Part shown: one piece after another, positions 1-11,820 of the stretch
How the letters are laid out: every line of letters begins with the position of its first letter
Numbering within the stretch: the first letter of the stretch is position 1
Made by a program: the position numbers and the translations under genes
Source: Owenia fusiformis
Taxonomy: Eukaryota
Length of the DNA: 64,000 nucleotides
Reading direction: 5' to 3'
Assembly (NCBI GenBank): GCA_903813345.2
Contig: CAIIXF020000001.1
Location: forward strand, 6,696,001-6,760,000
The notes under the pieces: generated by a model
What the model was told of the DNA's origin: nothing
Seen by the model: only the letters and a program-made list of their open reading frames with translations
The model's database searches: none

Positions 1-618
1 ATTTGCTTTATCAAAAAAATCATCATTTTCTCGAGTCCTATGCCAATAAGGCATCAACACGTAAAAGTTTAACTGAATCTGACAATTAGTATTAGCTGAG
101 TTATTGAAATATTAATTTTCATGAAATAAGGTTGCCATTTTTAATTCAGCAGTCATTTTGAAAATTTCTTCTTGAAGTGATTTCTTTGTCCATATGGCAT
201 CTTATAAAATTTGAACAAAACCTGTCAACTGGTATTTGAGCTATTAATATTACAAAAATTACATTTTTAACAAAAAATGGTGGCCATTTTGAATTTAGGA
301 GCCATCTTGAAAATTCCTCCTGAAGCAGTCTTATGTCACTAAAGCATGTAACATGTTAAATGTGAACCAAATCTGTTGACTGGTATTTGAGTTATCAAAG
401 ATTACATTTTTTCGAAAAAATGGTGGCCATTTTGAATTGAGCAGACATATTGAAAATTCCTTCTCGAGCATATAGTCCTACATCCATACGACATATGCCT
501 ATAAAACCAAATCTGTCAACTGGTATTTGAGTTATCGCTGGTTAAACGAATGTAAGGATGAATCCACAGATCGACAGATTGCTTCTCGATATCCCTATGA
601 ACTTTGTTGGGATAATGA
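1..618 (+). mobile_element. HINE-like (Helentron-associated) non-autonomous element with ~145-bp internal tandem repeats, truncated by the window start
   Basis: Diverged repeats 'ggtggccattttgaatt...ttgaaaattcct...ctgtcaactggtatttgag' at ~130, ~280 and ~422, followed by a gaca-like tract and a terminal imperfect hairpin (tatccc...gggata) plus A-rich end. Confidence 0.5.
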
Positions 619-2429
619 CACAACATGCAAGTATGTATAACCTGATAACAGATCCAGTAGATGCTTTTGAAAAACACAAGGGCTACATGTTATTAATAAT
701 AGAAACAATATCTCTTTTATTGTTTTATCAGAATTATTATACCAGATTGCAATAAATAGTTATGAATGCATGTTTTTTGTATTTGTGGGTATTTTCTCTC
801 CCATGCTGAGGAGGGTCCCTGTAAATTGCAGCCAGACTCCTGAGGTCAATGCAACCAACTCCTATATATTGTTGCTACAAATTGTAGCTCCATTGTAACC
901 AATTTTAACCAAGAAGAGTTAGGGTCACTCGGAGGCTGGTTGCAGTTTGCATACTTCGTGCTGAGAATCATCACTATGTGAACATATTTCTGTAATAGCA
1001 AACACATTAATTATTTCTATTTTTACGTTTTATAACCCTAAGTAGCAAATGAAACACAACATAAATCTGGTTGTACTAAGTTTCTGTTTACTTAATTATT
1101 TATCAAGATATATTGTTTTACTTGACATGATATTAAGCAAGTATAACCGATTTAGAGAGTCAATCTATACCTTTCCCAGTTCAATTGGCAAACAACAGTT
1201 TTTGCATGTTTTGTAAAATATCAACACTTCGTGGATCTATAGCACTCAATGAGCAGTATTAGACACATTTTCTCAGCTGTATTAATGATTTCAGATTGGT
1301 ATTGTCTAGAACTGGAGATACAACATTTCAAAGTGTTTCATCTCTTTGTTTGAGTAATGCCGCTATTCAAGGGTGTCACTCAATGTCACAGAGATGGAAA
1401 TTGTCATGATGAAATTTGCATTCCTCATCATTTAGAGAGATGAAGTGAGATACAGTGATTGTGATTACACAAGCTTTTCAATTTTGTCAAAGGTTTGCAT
1501 AAAAAGGTCCTGTAAGTTTGAACGTGCCGATTGAACAGGGTCTAAAATAGTTCTTTGGCCACTCAGCTCACATGGTAAGGTACATATGGTCAATAAAAGT
1601 GGACGCCATAATATAGTTAACTTTAAAAGTTTTAAAATTTAAAGGAAATCAATGTAATGCTTTCAGGCTTCTTGTATAATTGCAAGCAACTTAATGGGGT
1701 CATGACCAAAAATTTAAAAGCTGATTTTTAACAATATATGTGGACATGTGTTAAAACTTCTATAGTCACATTATTGAAGTGAAACAAATTGAATTGAGTC
1801 AAAGGATTGTGCCACCAATGTTTAAACTTCTAAATGACAAGTGAGTGACAATCACAGCTTACCCATGTGACCTAATAATGTAACCCACAAACATGACAAA
1901 CTCATAATCTAATCATTGCTGAAAAACATTACTACATGTACATATGAAAGGCATATTATGTACAACTTCTGTAAGGGAAAGAATGAGGCCTTTGATCGAC
2001 AAATCCCATCAGTTTATAAACAGACAACTTAAAGTATGATTTAATTGATTTTTCATAAATCATACAAATATAGAATAATAAATGTATCCGTATTATACTG
2101 TTTACTTCATGATTAAGTGATGCATTTATTGCAAGACAAATGGAACAGACGATTTATTACCTCATATGCGTATCAATAAATAGCAAAAATTGTTAGAAAA
2201 TGTAAGAGGGTACATGTAGGACATCAAATTTCTGTTCATAAATATTGTCTTTTCTTCAGATAAACTTGCTAAATCATACATATACCAATGCATAGAACTT
2301 GTCAAAAACGCAATAGTACATGGAAATGACTGCCCTGATGGCTGCAAAGTAATCAGAATAGACTTCAAAATCAGGGTATCACTATTTTATTATTTAACTT
2401 TGATTTTGTTTAGAAATTAATCAGAATTA

Positions 2430-2850
2430 CCCAAATGCGAGTAGGTAGTTACCAGTTTCACCACCAGGTGGCTGATTCGGGTCAATTAACATGGCAGGTA
2501 TATAAGAAAGTTCCCTTAAACTTAAATATTATCAATTTAAGTGGCTCAATTTTCATATAACCCTTATGTGTCTGATACTTATACTAATGAAAATATATCC
2601 AGTAAAGCAAAATATTATCTGTCCACTAAAAGAAAAGATATTTCATTTTTTGTGATTTTATAGCATGGGGTCTATGGGGAATCTCCCCGAGCTAGGTCAC
2701 ATTTTCAAAGAAAATTAATTTTTCAAAGTTAATAAACACTTTTTAAAACCACATTTCTAGATGTAATTTTACATGTAGATTTCAAATATGATATTACTTT
2801 GACTGAATTTTTAATGACGTAAATCAAGATTATTTCTACTCGCATCTGGG
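2430..2850. mobile_element. ~420-bp non-autonomous TIR element, copy 1
   Basis: Termini cccaaatgcgagtag...ctactcgcatctggg; an inverted homologous copy lies at 9641-10065. Confidence 0.7.
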
Positions 2851-3510
2851 TTATTCAAACATGACCATGCTATATCAGAGCTCTCATCTAATCATAAATG
2901 CAGCATAGCTGTTCTCTAATTCTCCATAGATGGTTCATTATGCACTCTGCACCCGGGAATCTATGTATTGTGTTGGCAAAAATAACAACAAGTTGGTTTT
3001 TCATTCAATCCCCAATTCCCTGACCAATGCTTTCATTTTTTAAGTCTCAATTGGAATAAATAATGATAGGTCACTCAATATGGTGAAATTCTGCACTCGT
3101 TGGACAAAATGTCTGTACAAATGCTTTGTACGACATTACAGTATGTCCAAGTCATGCTGAATTTCTGCATATTGAATGGCCTATCATTATTTTTATTTAT
3201 TCTTTAAATATGAGATTAAGAGAGTTTTGATTATGAGACTTCTGTTGCATATCTATTGAGAGGTCATAAAGTTAAGTGACTTATTGAGTAGATCAATCAT
3301 CTGCATACGGATATGTTTTCAGGTGCAAACAATCAAACTGTACTTTAGTTACCATAAATAATACATGATTATACACCCCCGACAACCAGAAGTCAGTCCT
3401 TTGAAACTATGTGTTAAAAAAATTCTCAATTGCAATTGTGAAAGAAAATAAAGATTCAAATATAAAAGGTTTTAACACTTTGCCAAACTTATGTAGGTGG
3501 GGGATGAATA

Positions 3511-4145
3511 CAGGGTGTCCCGAAAGTATGGGGCCCCCCTAGGTAGACATATTCCACTGTCCTCATAGTATGTGTCATATATCATTTTAAAGCTCATCCA
3601 AAGTTACATTGATTTGCCAGGTATCATAATTTAACTCCCAAATGGGAAAAAGTTACAGTCATTTTAAAAGTTAGTGTTTTGTCAAAATAAAGTTCAATTC
3701 TACACCACATTACTAGTCAATGAGTCCCCCCTTGACCATGTTAACAGCAGCAATTATTTTCAGATATAACCTTAAAAGCCCTTCGAATAGGGGTGTGGAA
3801 TTTTATAACCCTCTTAAAACGGCACTTTAGAAGAGTTTCCCTAGAGTTTCCACCCTCATCGTTCTCTTTTTCCAACTCAATATCCATCCGACCCGAAAAG
3901 AATTGCTGCTGTTAAGATGGCCCGGGAGGACACATTGACTAGTGATTTGGTGTAAAATTGAACTTAATTTTGACCAAACACTAAATTTTGAAATGCCTGT
4001 AATTTTTTCACATTTGAGAGTTGAACCATGATACTTGGAGAATCAATGTAACTTTGGATAAGCTTTAAAATGATATATGACACATACTATGAGGACAGTG
4101 GAATATATCTGCCTAGGGTGGGCCCCATACTTTCGGGACACCCTG
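3511..4145. mobile_element. Tc1/mariner-type MITE with long TIRs, copy 1
   Basis: TA|cagggtgtcccgaaagtatgggg...ccccatactttcgggacaccctg|TA; arms are inverted over roughly 250 bp; second copy at 16040-16681. Confidence 0.85.
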
Positions 4146-5659
4146 TACACCTACTAATGTGAAATATCAATGAATAGGCCAACCAAAATTATTCTTTTCA
4201 ACAAGGATTGCCCCTTAAAGTGTTCAAACATTAAACATTGGGGCATTTGATCAAATATGGAAGGGGTGTACATAATCTTAATGCAAGAAACAATAACATT
4301 TCAATAAGATCATATTCAGCCAGCAATTGTCAAGGGGGTGCAATTTTTTGGTTTGCATCCAAAAAGGGGGCCATGGGGATTTACCCCTGAAAATTTACAT
4401 TGTATATGGTGCATTCTTAGTATTTCAAACTATACTTTGTTAATGTTTTTTCCAACAAATTTTACAAAAATCACACCCCCTGGCTGCACCGATGTTACAT
4501 TTCAAAACTTTTCTCATATTCTACTTGGCCACATTAAGCAACCATATCAAGACAGCAATGGGTTACAAACAGTATTTTATTTGATCACAAAACATCACCT
4601 CTAGCTAGGAGCATACAAAATGTTTGGATCTTTGCCAATTTATAGGCGCCATGCAAACCAAATCGAAAACATTGATAGCTTTATGTCATTATAGCCCTGA
4701 AGAATGGGAGACAGCATCATCAATCTTAAATAAGAATGTTTCTATGAAGTCTGTCCATCATTATGATTACTATTGCGCCATCCTTTGTAAAATGAGCCTT
4801 TAACACCAGTCTGTATTGTGTTTAAACACAATCTGTAGACTTGAAAGGAATATCTCTGTCTATGGCTATCCCTTGGAAGATGCCACCTGCTATTATCTGT
4901 GTTTTGTTGGACAATATACCTGAAATGAAATAATAAGAATATATTCAAATGACAAGTACAATAAGTAATTAATGAATCTAATATGAAATTGAAGTGCTAT
5001 CACTTCATCAGGTTGTTGAATATATAAAGGTAACAAGGCCAAGTTTTATTAATTTGTATTTTTAACTATTTTCATTAACGCGAGACTAATGTTTCTTCCA
5101 CGGATGACTGAGCACTGACAGTTATTAGATAAATGAGCAAAAAAAAGAGTTCCATGCTGGAAGAAATGGTTTCTGCATTAATCATTTTCCTGAAATAATT
5201 AATTTTCTAAATACATATTGACATTCAATTAATTGTTTACTCATTCCATAATCTGGGGACAATGAGTGCTTTTTATCCTACATTGGTAGACATTGGACAA
5301 AAGAGACACTATTCGCTCATCCTTGATGATCTGGATCAAACTGTTTTTCTTGTTATGGTTGAATAAAATTCTCAACGGTAAAATAACATTACATAATAAA
5401 AAGTATATACAAACTATTTGATTTCAATGTTTAGATTTGTTAATACAGGAAGTTGTTAATGTCAGAGATTGTAAATAATTGTAATGGATTGTAAACATTA
5501 TGCCTGTGAATTTCAAAACACGAATGCCTGAAACTACTAGGGTCTGAGCAAATATCCAACACAAATGTTTGAGAATATTAGGGACTGTGAATATCATGTC
5601 ACATCATCATTTGAATGCCTTTCAAGGAAATTTCAAAAAAATATGAATTCGGTTGAATA

Positions 5660-6287
5660 TCAGAGACTGTCACATGATTGAATGTGAAGATAAGAGACTG
5701 TGAATATCATAAAATACTAATTGGTTTGAATACTAGAAACTGTGCATATCATACACATGATTGAATGAGAATGTAAGAGACTGTGAATATCATAAAAACT
5801 AATTGGTTTGAATACTAGAAACTGTGCATATCATACACATAGTTGAATGAGAATGTAAGAGACTGTGAATATCATGAATACTAATTGGTTTAAATACTAG
5901 AAACTGTGCATAACATACACATAGTTGAATGAGAATGTAAGAGACTGTGAATATCATAAATACTAATTGGTTTGAATACTAGAAACTGTGCATATCATAC
6001 ACATGATTGAATGAGAATGTAAGAGACTGTGAATATCATAAATACTAATTGGTTTGAATACTAGAAACTGTGCATATCATACACATGATTGAATGAGAAT
6101 GTAAGAGACTGTGAATATCATAAAAACTAATTGGTTTGAATACTAGAAACTGTGCATATCATACACATGGTTGAATGAGAATGTAAGAGACTGTGAATAT
6201 CATAAATACTAATTGGTTTGAATACTAGAAACTGTGCATATCATACACATGGTTGAATGAGAATGTAAGAGACTGTGAATATCATAC
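5660..6287. repeat. 82-bp minisatellite (~7.5 copies) built from two related 41-bp halves
   Basis: Unit gagaatgtaagagactgtgaatatcataaatactaattggtttgaatactagaaactgtgcatatcatacacatgattgaat; consecutive starts at 5931 and 6013. Confidence 0.9.
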
Positions 6288-6593
6288 ACTTGGTAAAATA
6301 GTTAAAATAATATAGAATAAAATGTTTAATATACTGCTAAATAAGTTGCATTAAGAGAGAATCGTAGAGAATATTTTTTCCTGTATAATAGGCAGTTATT
6401 TCTTTTATTATAGCGGAAAAAAATATAATACGTATTTTTAAGAATTATTTTTGATTTAATAATATTATTCGTGTATTATTTAAAGGGAACAACATATAAT
6501 ACCATATAATATAGAATAATATTCCTGTCAGGAGCAAATATTATGTTGGCATTTGCAATCAAAAACCGATTATACGCTGTTATTTTCAAGCCA

Positions 6594-8420
6594 TTAATCC
6601 CTAATTATTCAATTCCTATGAAATGAGTTTCATTCATACTGAGAATTAATCCATTTGTTATGGTTAATGGATTAATCTCTACAGCTGATGGCTCTTAATT
6701 CCACAAAAATAATTTGCAAAATAAGTTTTTACATACACATTTGATTATATAATGTCCCTATTGTTATGATTAACATTGTGTTAAATTTTTGATTCAATCA
6801 ATTAATTCATTGTAAAGTTAATTTTTGAATTCTTAATTAATTGGTTTTCCTCACATTTTTATTCCATTGTTTCCTTGTCACATTAAGTTTACAACAAACA
6901 ACACTTAAAGCCCCCTCTTACACAAACACCTTTAATCACTTCACAAACAACACAAAACATATATGACACGAAACTGCTATATATCAATACATTACGAATT
7001 TGGTATTGGTCCGTGGGGGGGGTCGTTGGGTTCAAGTAAATCCCCTTCCCCCCTTGCCAAGATTCTTTCAAAATCCTACATTTTTTACCAATCTGAGCAC
7101 TATTAAGTGATTTTGGGCCAAAATTATCAATTGTGACCCCTTGGTTTGTTTTGAAAATTGATCCCCTGGGCTAAAACTTATTACGAGCCTGTAATATATT
7201 GGATGTGTTGCTCCGATTTCTTCTGGCAAATCACTGATAATAAATTAGGAAACGTGCATTAGATTAACTGATACAAGTGGTCCATGCTAAAACAAAATTA
7301 AAACTTGTATTCTCTCACATTTCACAATTCATGTGTTTTCTGTTATCCATATAATATCTGAGATATAAACCAGGGATATAAACAACAGATTAGTCCATGA
7401 TGCAATACATTTGTTTCTACTACAATTGGACCATTTCTTTTAATTAAAGCTGGTTTTATTAACCTTTCTTTGTTTTCCATTTCTAAATACATATACAATA
7501 TGTTTAGTTGTTTGATAATGAAAATAAAGAAGCGGGGACATTTTACATTTATTCTTAATATTTTATCTTACAAAGCGATGATTATGCTTTGAGCAAATTA
7601 GTGCATGGTAGATAAATATGTAAATAAATAACATATTGGCATATGGTACATGTATGTCAGAGCAATATGATAAGCAAAACTTTAATCCCCAATTATTCAA
7701 TTTCTTTAATATGAGTTTCGTTAACACTGATACTAATCCGTTTGTTAGAGGCAATGGATTAATTTCCAACAGCCAACAATTCTAAGTTTCACAAAATTCA
7801 AAAATTCAGTTTTTCATATTTATTTGATTGTATAATGTCCCTAATGTTATGATTAACATTGTGTTAAAATTTGGATTAAATTGATTGACTCAATGGAAAG
7901 TTGATTTTTAACTAATGGATTTCCTTACATTTTCACTCCATTGTTTGTCAGCCATATTAAGTTTAAAAAGCTAAAAACATTACGCATTTAATACAGGCCT
8001 GTACCTAACGAGTGACGACCCCCCCCCCCCTTGGCCAACAATTTTTTCAAAATCATGCAGATTTTCATCATTCACATTCATGTATTGAATTCAGAGCAAT
8101 ATAAGTAATACTTTAATCCCTAAGTTTTTTCAATTTCTATGAGATGAGTTTTGTTCACTGATTACTAATCTGTTTGTGAGAGTTAATCCGTTTGTTGGAG
8201 TTAATGGATTAATATCTAGAGCCGATTGTTCTAATTTCCACAAAAAATTATAATTTGCAAATTAAATTATTCATATTTGTTTTATTGTATAGAATCCCTC
8301 TTTCTATGATTAACATTGTGTTAAAATTTGGATTGAATCGATTAACTCATTGGAAAGTTAATTTTTTGATTTTTAATTGATGACTTTTTCACACTTTTAC
8401 TCCATTGTTAACATTAATTT
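6594..8420 (+). repeat. Three diverged direct copies of a ~290-bp segment
   Basis: 'ttaatccc(t/c)aa...atgagttt...atggattaat...atgattaacattgtgttaaa...ctccattgtt' recurs from ~6594, ~7682 and ~8113. Confidence 0.7.
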
Positions 8421-9545
8421 CAATCAAGTTAAATTTCTTTCTTCTAAACATTTATTTGTAAATATTTTTCAAATAGAAATATAACAATCAAAATAAAATA
8501 AGTGTGACATGTGTAAGTAATAGAGATGAGAAGGCCAGTAGAACGGTTGATCCTATTAACCATGCCATGCTGTGCATTCTTTGTTTTGTTTGGTTAAGTA
8601 ATTAACCAGATGTATTGTACATCAAGTTGGACGAGAATAATCGAGTATAATATTTTTAGAACCCAAATAATACAATATAATTTGATATATTCTGCTTAGA
8701 TTGGAAAATACTAGAAAATAATATTTTTTAGAATGGAAAAAAATTCTATATAAACTGCAATCATCAGTTTGGATTGATAAATATGACCAAATAATATTTT
8801 AGAAAGACTGAATAAATATAAATTGGCGCAAATAATTCTAAAAAATAATATTATACTGGGAATAAAACATCCTGCTACATTTTCTTATTGAGATAATCGG
8901 ATTTGGTAAATGTTTATATGTACAAATAATATATTTGGATCTCACTTATTTCTAATTATATTATATTAATCTCTATATAATATAGTATATTATGCTGATT
9001 ATATTTTTTTCCTTCATAATATAATATAATAATTACAATACTGAATGGAAATACTGTATTATTACGCATCTTTTTACACAAATATCCGAAAATAAAACAT
9101 CTTTATATATATTATTTTATTGATTTCACCAAGTGATACATACGAATACCTTTACAATATCAAAAAAATATGACTTTTGAACATAAGTGATTGTGAACCT
9201 CAAGGGCTCAAGAGAACAACAGAGTTTTTGAAAGTTAATGATTCAATTATCATTCTATGTGTATCTATATTGTTTTGTTAATTGTATTGTATTGTATTGT
9301 ATTTTGTTTACCACCAATTAAGGTGAGTAATACCTCTCGGGTATATCCCGTATATATATATGGTCAGAATTTACGTAATTAACCTTAAAGATAGAACCAG
9401 AAACCCCACCTTGAAGGAGCCCTGTGTTCTTTTATGTGCACTTATACATAAAAATACAAGTCCACACCACAGCCTTTTGTACGAGTTGTGGACCACTCAG
9501 TCAAACACCCTGAAGTACTTTATGCAAACAAGCAAATTAAGTCTT

Positions 9546-9615
9546 GCCTGAACCGGGGATCGAATCCGGGCTATTGTGTAAGAGGTACACAAGCTACCGT
9601 TGAGCTATACGGGTG
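9546..9615 (-). pseudogene. Degenerate tRNA-like sequence (possibly Val-TAC derived pseudogene or SINE head)
   Basis: Minus strand reads tatagctcaacggtag (A-box-like)...cttacac...ggattcgatccccgg (B-box/T-arm-like); the acceptor stem is mismatched. Confidence 0.45.
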
Positions 9616-9640
9616 GACTATAACTCTCAAGAATAGACTT

Positions 9641-10065
9641 GATGCGAGTAGAAATAATCTTGATTTACGTCATTAAATATTCAAAATTCAGTCAAAGTGA
9701 TGTCATATTTGAAATCTACATGTTTAAGTACATCTAGAAATATGGTTTTGAAAATTGTCTATCAACTTTGAAAATTTAATTTTTTTGAAAATGTGACTTC
9801 TTGTTCGGGTTGAATCCTCATAGACCCCATGTTACAAAATCACAAAAAGTGAATTATCTTTTCTTGTATTGGACAGATAAAATTTTCTTTTACTGGGCAT
9901 ATTTTAATTTGCATAACTATTAGATACATGAGGTTTATATGAAAATTGAACCACGCAAATAGATGTAATTTAAGTTAAAGGGAACTTTCTACAATACCCG
10001 CCATGCTATCTGACCCGAACGAGCCACCTGGTGGTGAATCTAGTAACTACCTACTCGCATCTGCG
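9641..10065. mobile_element. ~420-bp TIR element, copy 2 (inverted relative to 2430-2850)
   Basis: gatgcgagtagaaataatcttgatttacgtca...ctacctactcgcatc is the reverse complement of copy 1. Confidence 0.7.
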
Positions 10066-10609
10066 TTATTGGGGATTGTGAAAGTCTGTGCATGTAAAGC
10101 TTACAACGGGAACTTTTGTAGCACCAACTTCTTTTTGGTGTGAGCATGAGAAGTGATGCAAATGCAATATTGTTAATTCAAGGAACTTTGATGCCAGAAA
10201 TGTAAGTATTGAAAATGTTGTTCTACATTCTCTATCACTAACTTGAATTGTGAAGATCATGGATGGATTATGTTCATAATTGAGTGTCATCTTGTACTTT
10301 ATTTTTTATTGCATTGATTTACAATTTAATTATATCTCATAATATTGATAATTATTTACAGGTAATAAGAAAATTCTAACATTTCTACCTGAGTTATGTG
10401 ACATATATTGCCAGGTTTTATGATATTAGTTAATGCCTTACAAGCATTTACTAGTATCTACTTATTTGATATTTTTAGAGATAATGATTTATAGCTGAAA
10501 TAAAAGTAAAAATTTTCTGGCACAGAATATCAGACAGATACAAACATATAATAATCAATTATCAGTCTATAAATATACTTTACTTTTTCTTGCTTGTCAT
10601 TCACTTCAG

Positions 10610-11539
10610 AATACGTTGCTATTTTTGGGTTGGAACATGGTATACATGGACATGTATTATCAGTTTAGACTTTAAGACTAGGAATGGTAAGCCCAACGTC
10701 TCCTGATATTTTATAACCGTACATGTATGTATAAAAGAAGAGTAGAAAATCAAAATAAAAGTAAAAAATGGCCACCAATTTTCAAAATAGCTATCCTATA
10801 AGGCAAATGTCTCCAAATATCTCTTACAAAGCAAATTGTCTCCAAATATCTCTTACTCTGTTACTTTTAGCAATACAATAATACCATCATGTAAATTGTC
10901 AAGAGAAAATATGTCATACTTCTAAGTTACCATATAAAAATAACAAAATTGGTGCAAAATTGCCTGGTCCATTACTTTAAGAGCTGTACCAAAGATATAA
11001 AACAACATGCAGAAAAATGGATGGACAGACAGACAAATTGAGGGATTGACTGAGGCATTATCCTTCTGTACTTCGTCCAGTGGAATAATCAAACACTAAA
11101 ATGAAGTGTAAAAAGGAAATAGAATGCTTGAAAGATATACAGAAGAAAATAGGGCATCAAAAACTGCAAGTTCAAGGAAACAAGCCCCACCATTCTCAAT
11201 AAATGATCAAATGCACAAAGAAAATTACCTCCTTCCATAACATCACATACAAGTAACAATAACTATTACCACTTCGTCTAAATTAAATTAGAAAACTACT
11301 TGAGGATCGTTAGAACACCGTGACAAACCATTATATTAAACTAGATACAAACTTGTGTTGACATAAAAAGAATTTGTTTTACAGGCATTTGTGGTGTGCA
11401 CTGTTTAGTTGGTATGACAACATCTTGTTCTTCTGAGCTTACTGATGTGATTGATTATTATGAAAATGAATTGACTGATAGTTATTTAAAGATAAACCCA
11501 TTGAATTACTATTCAATTATGTGTGAACACTTTTGTTGA
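10610..11539 (+). CDS. Possible 3' two exons of a small Cys/Trp-rich protein gene (upstream exons not found)
   Basis: Putative exons 10610-10686 (ttcag|, |gtaag) and 11385-11539 (ttacag|) join in phase 1 to give IRCYFWVGTWYTWTCIISLDFKTRN-G-ICGVHCLVGMTTSC...YYSIMCEHFC*. No start codon identified. Confidence 0.3.
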
Positions 11540-11712
11540 ACTAATCCAAAAATCAATTAAATTCTATTTAGTATACAATGAGGTTATTGCACTATACCTG
11601 TACTTTTGAGTCATGCAGATCACTAAATTAAGAATAAGACTCACCAGTTATAATATCTAGCTTACAGACCGGTTTGCAGTTGCTTGTTAAACAATGCATG
11701 TAATAATTATAT

Positions 11713-11820
11713 ACAAGGCATTCATATGCAAAATGTCACCACCTGCCATTTGTTACAGATGCCAGACAAAAAGTTGGAGACTATAACAATATGTTATCAG
11801 TTCTGGTGGTGACATAATAA
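11713..11820 (+). mobile_element. Short ('empty') copy of the acaaggcatt...gtggtgacataataa HINE-like family
   Basis: Shares the 5' end acaaggcatt..atgcaaaatgtcaccacc and 3' end ggaga(c/t)ataacaatatg...ggtgacataataa with 58807-59981 but has no core repeats. Confidence 0.7.

Noticed and set aside
1294-1492. Exon-like Cys-containing segment (ttcag|...|gtttg) faintly resembling a lectin C-terminus
   Set aside because: Stops in all frames I read; similarity too weak to support a call.
4742-4919. Minus-strand segment after a good acceptor (tttcatttcag)
   Set aside because: No recognisable domain and no partner exon found.
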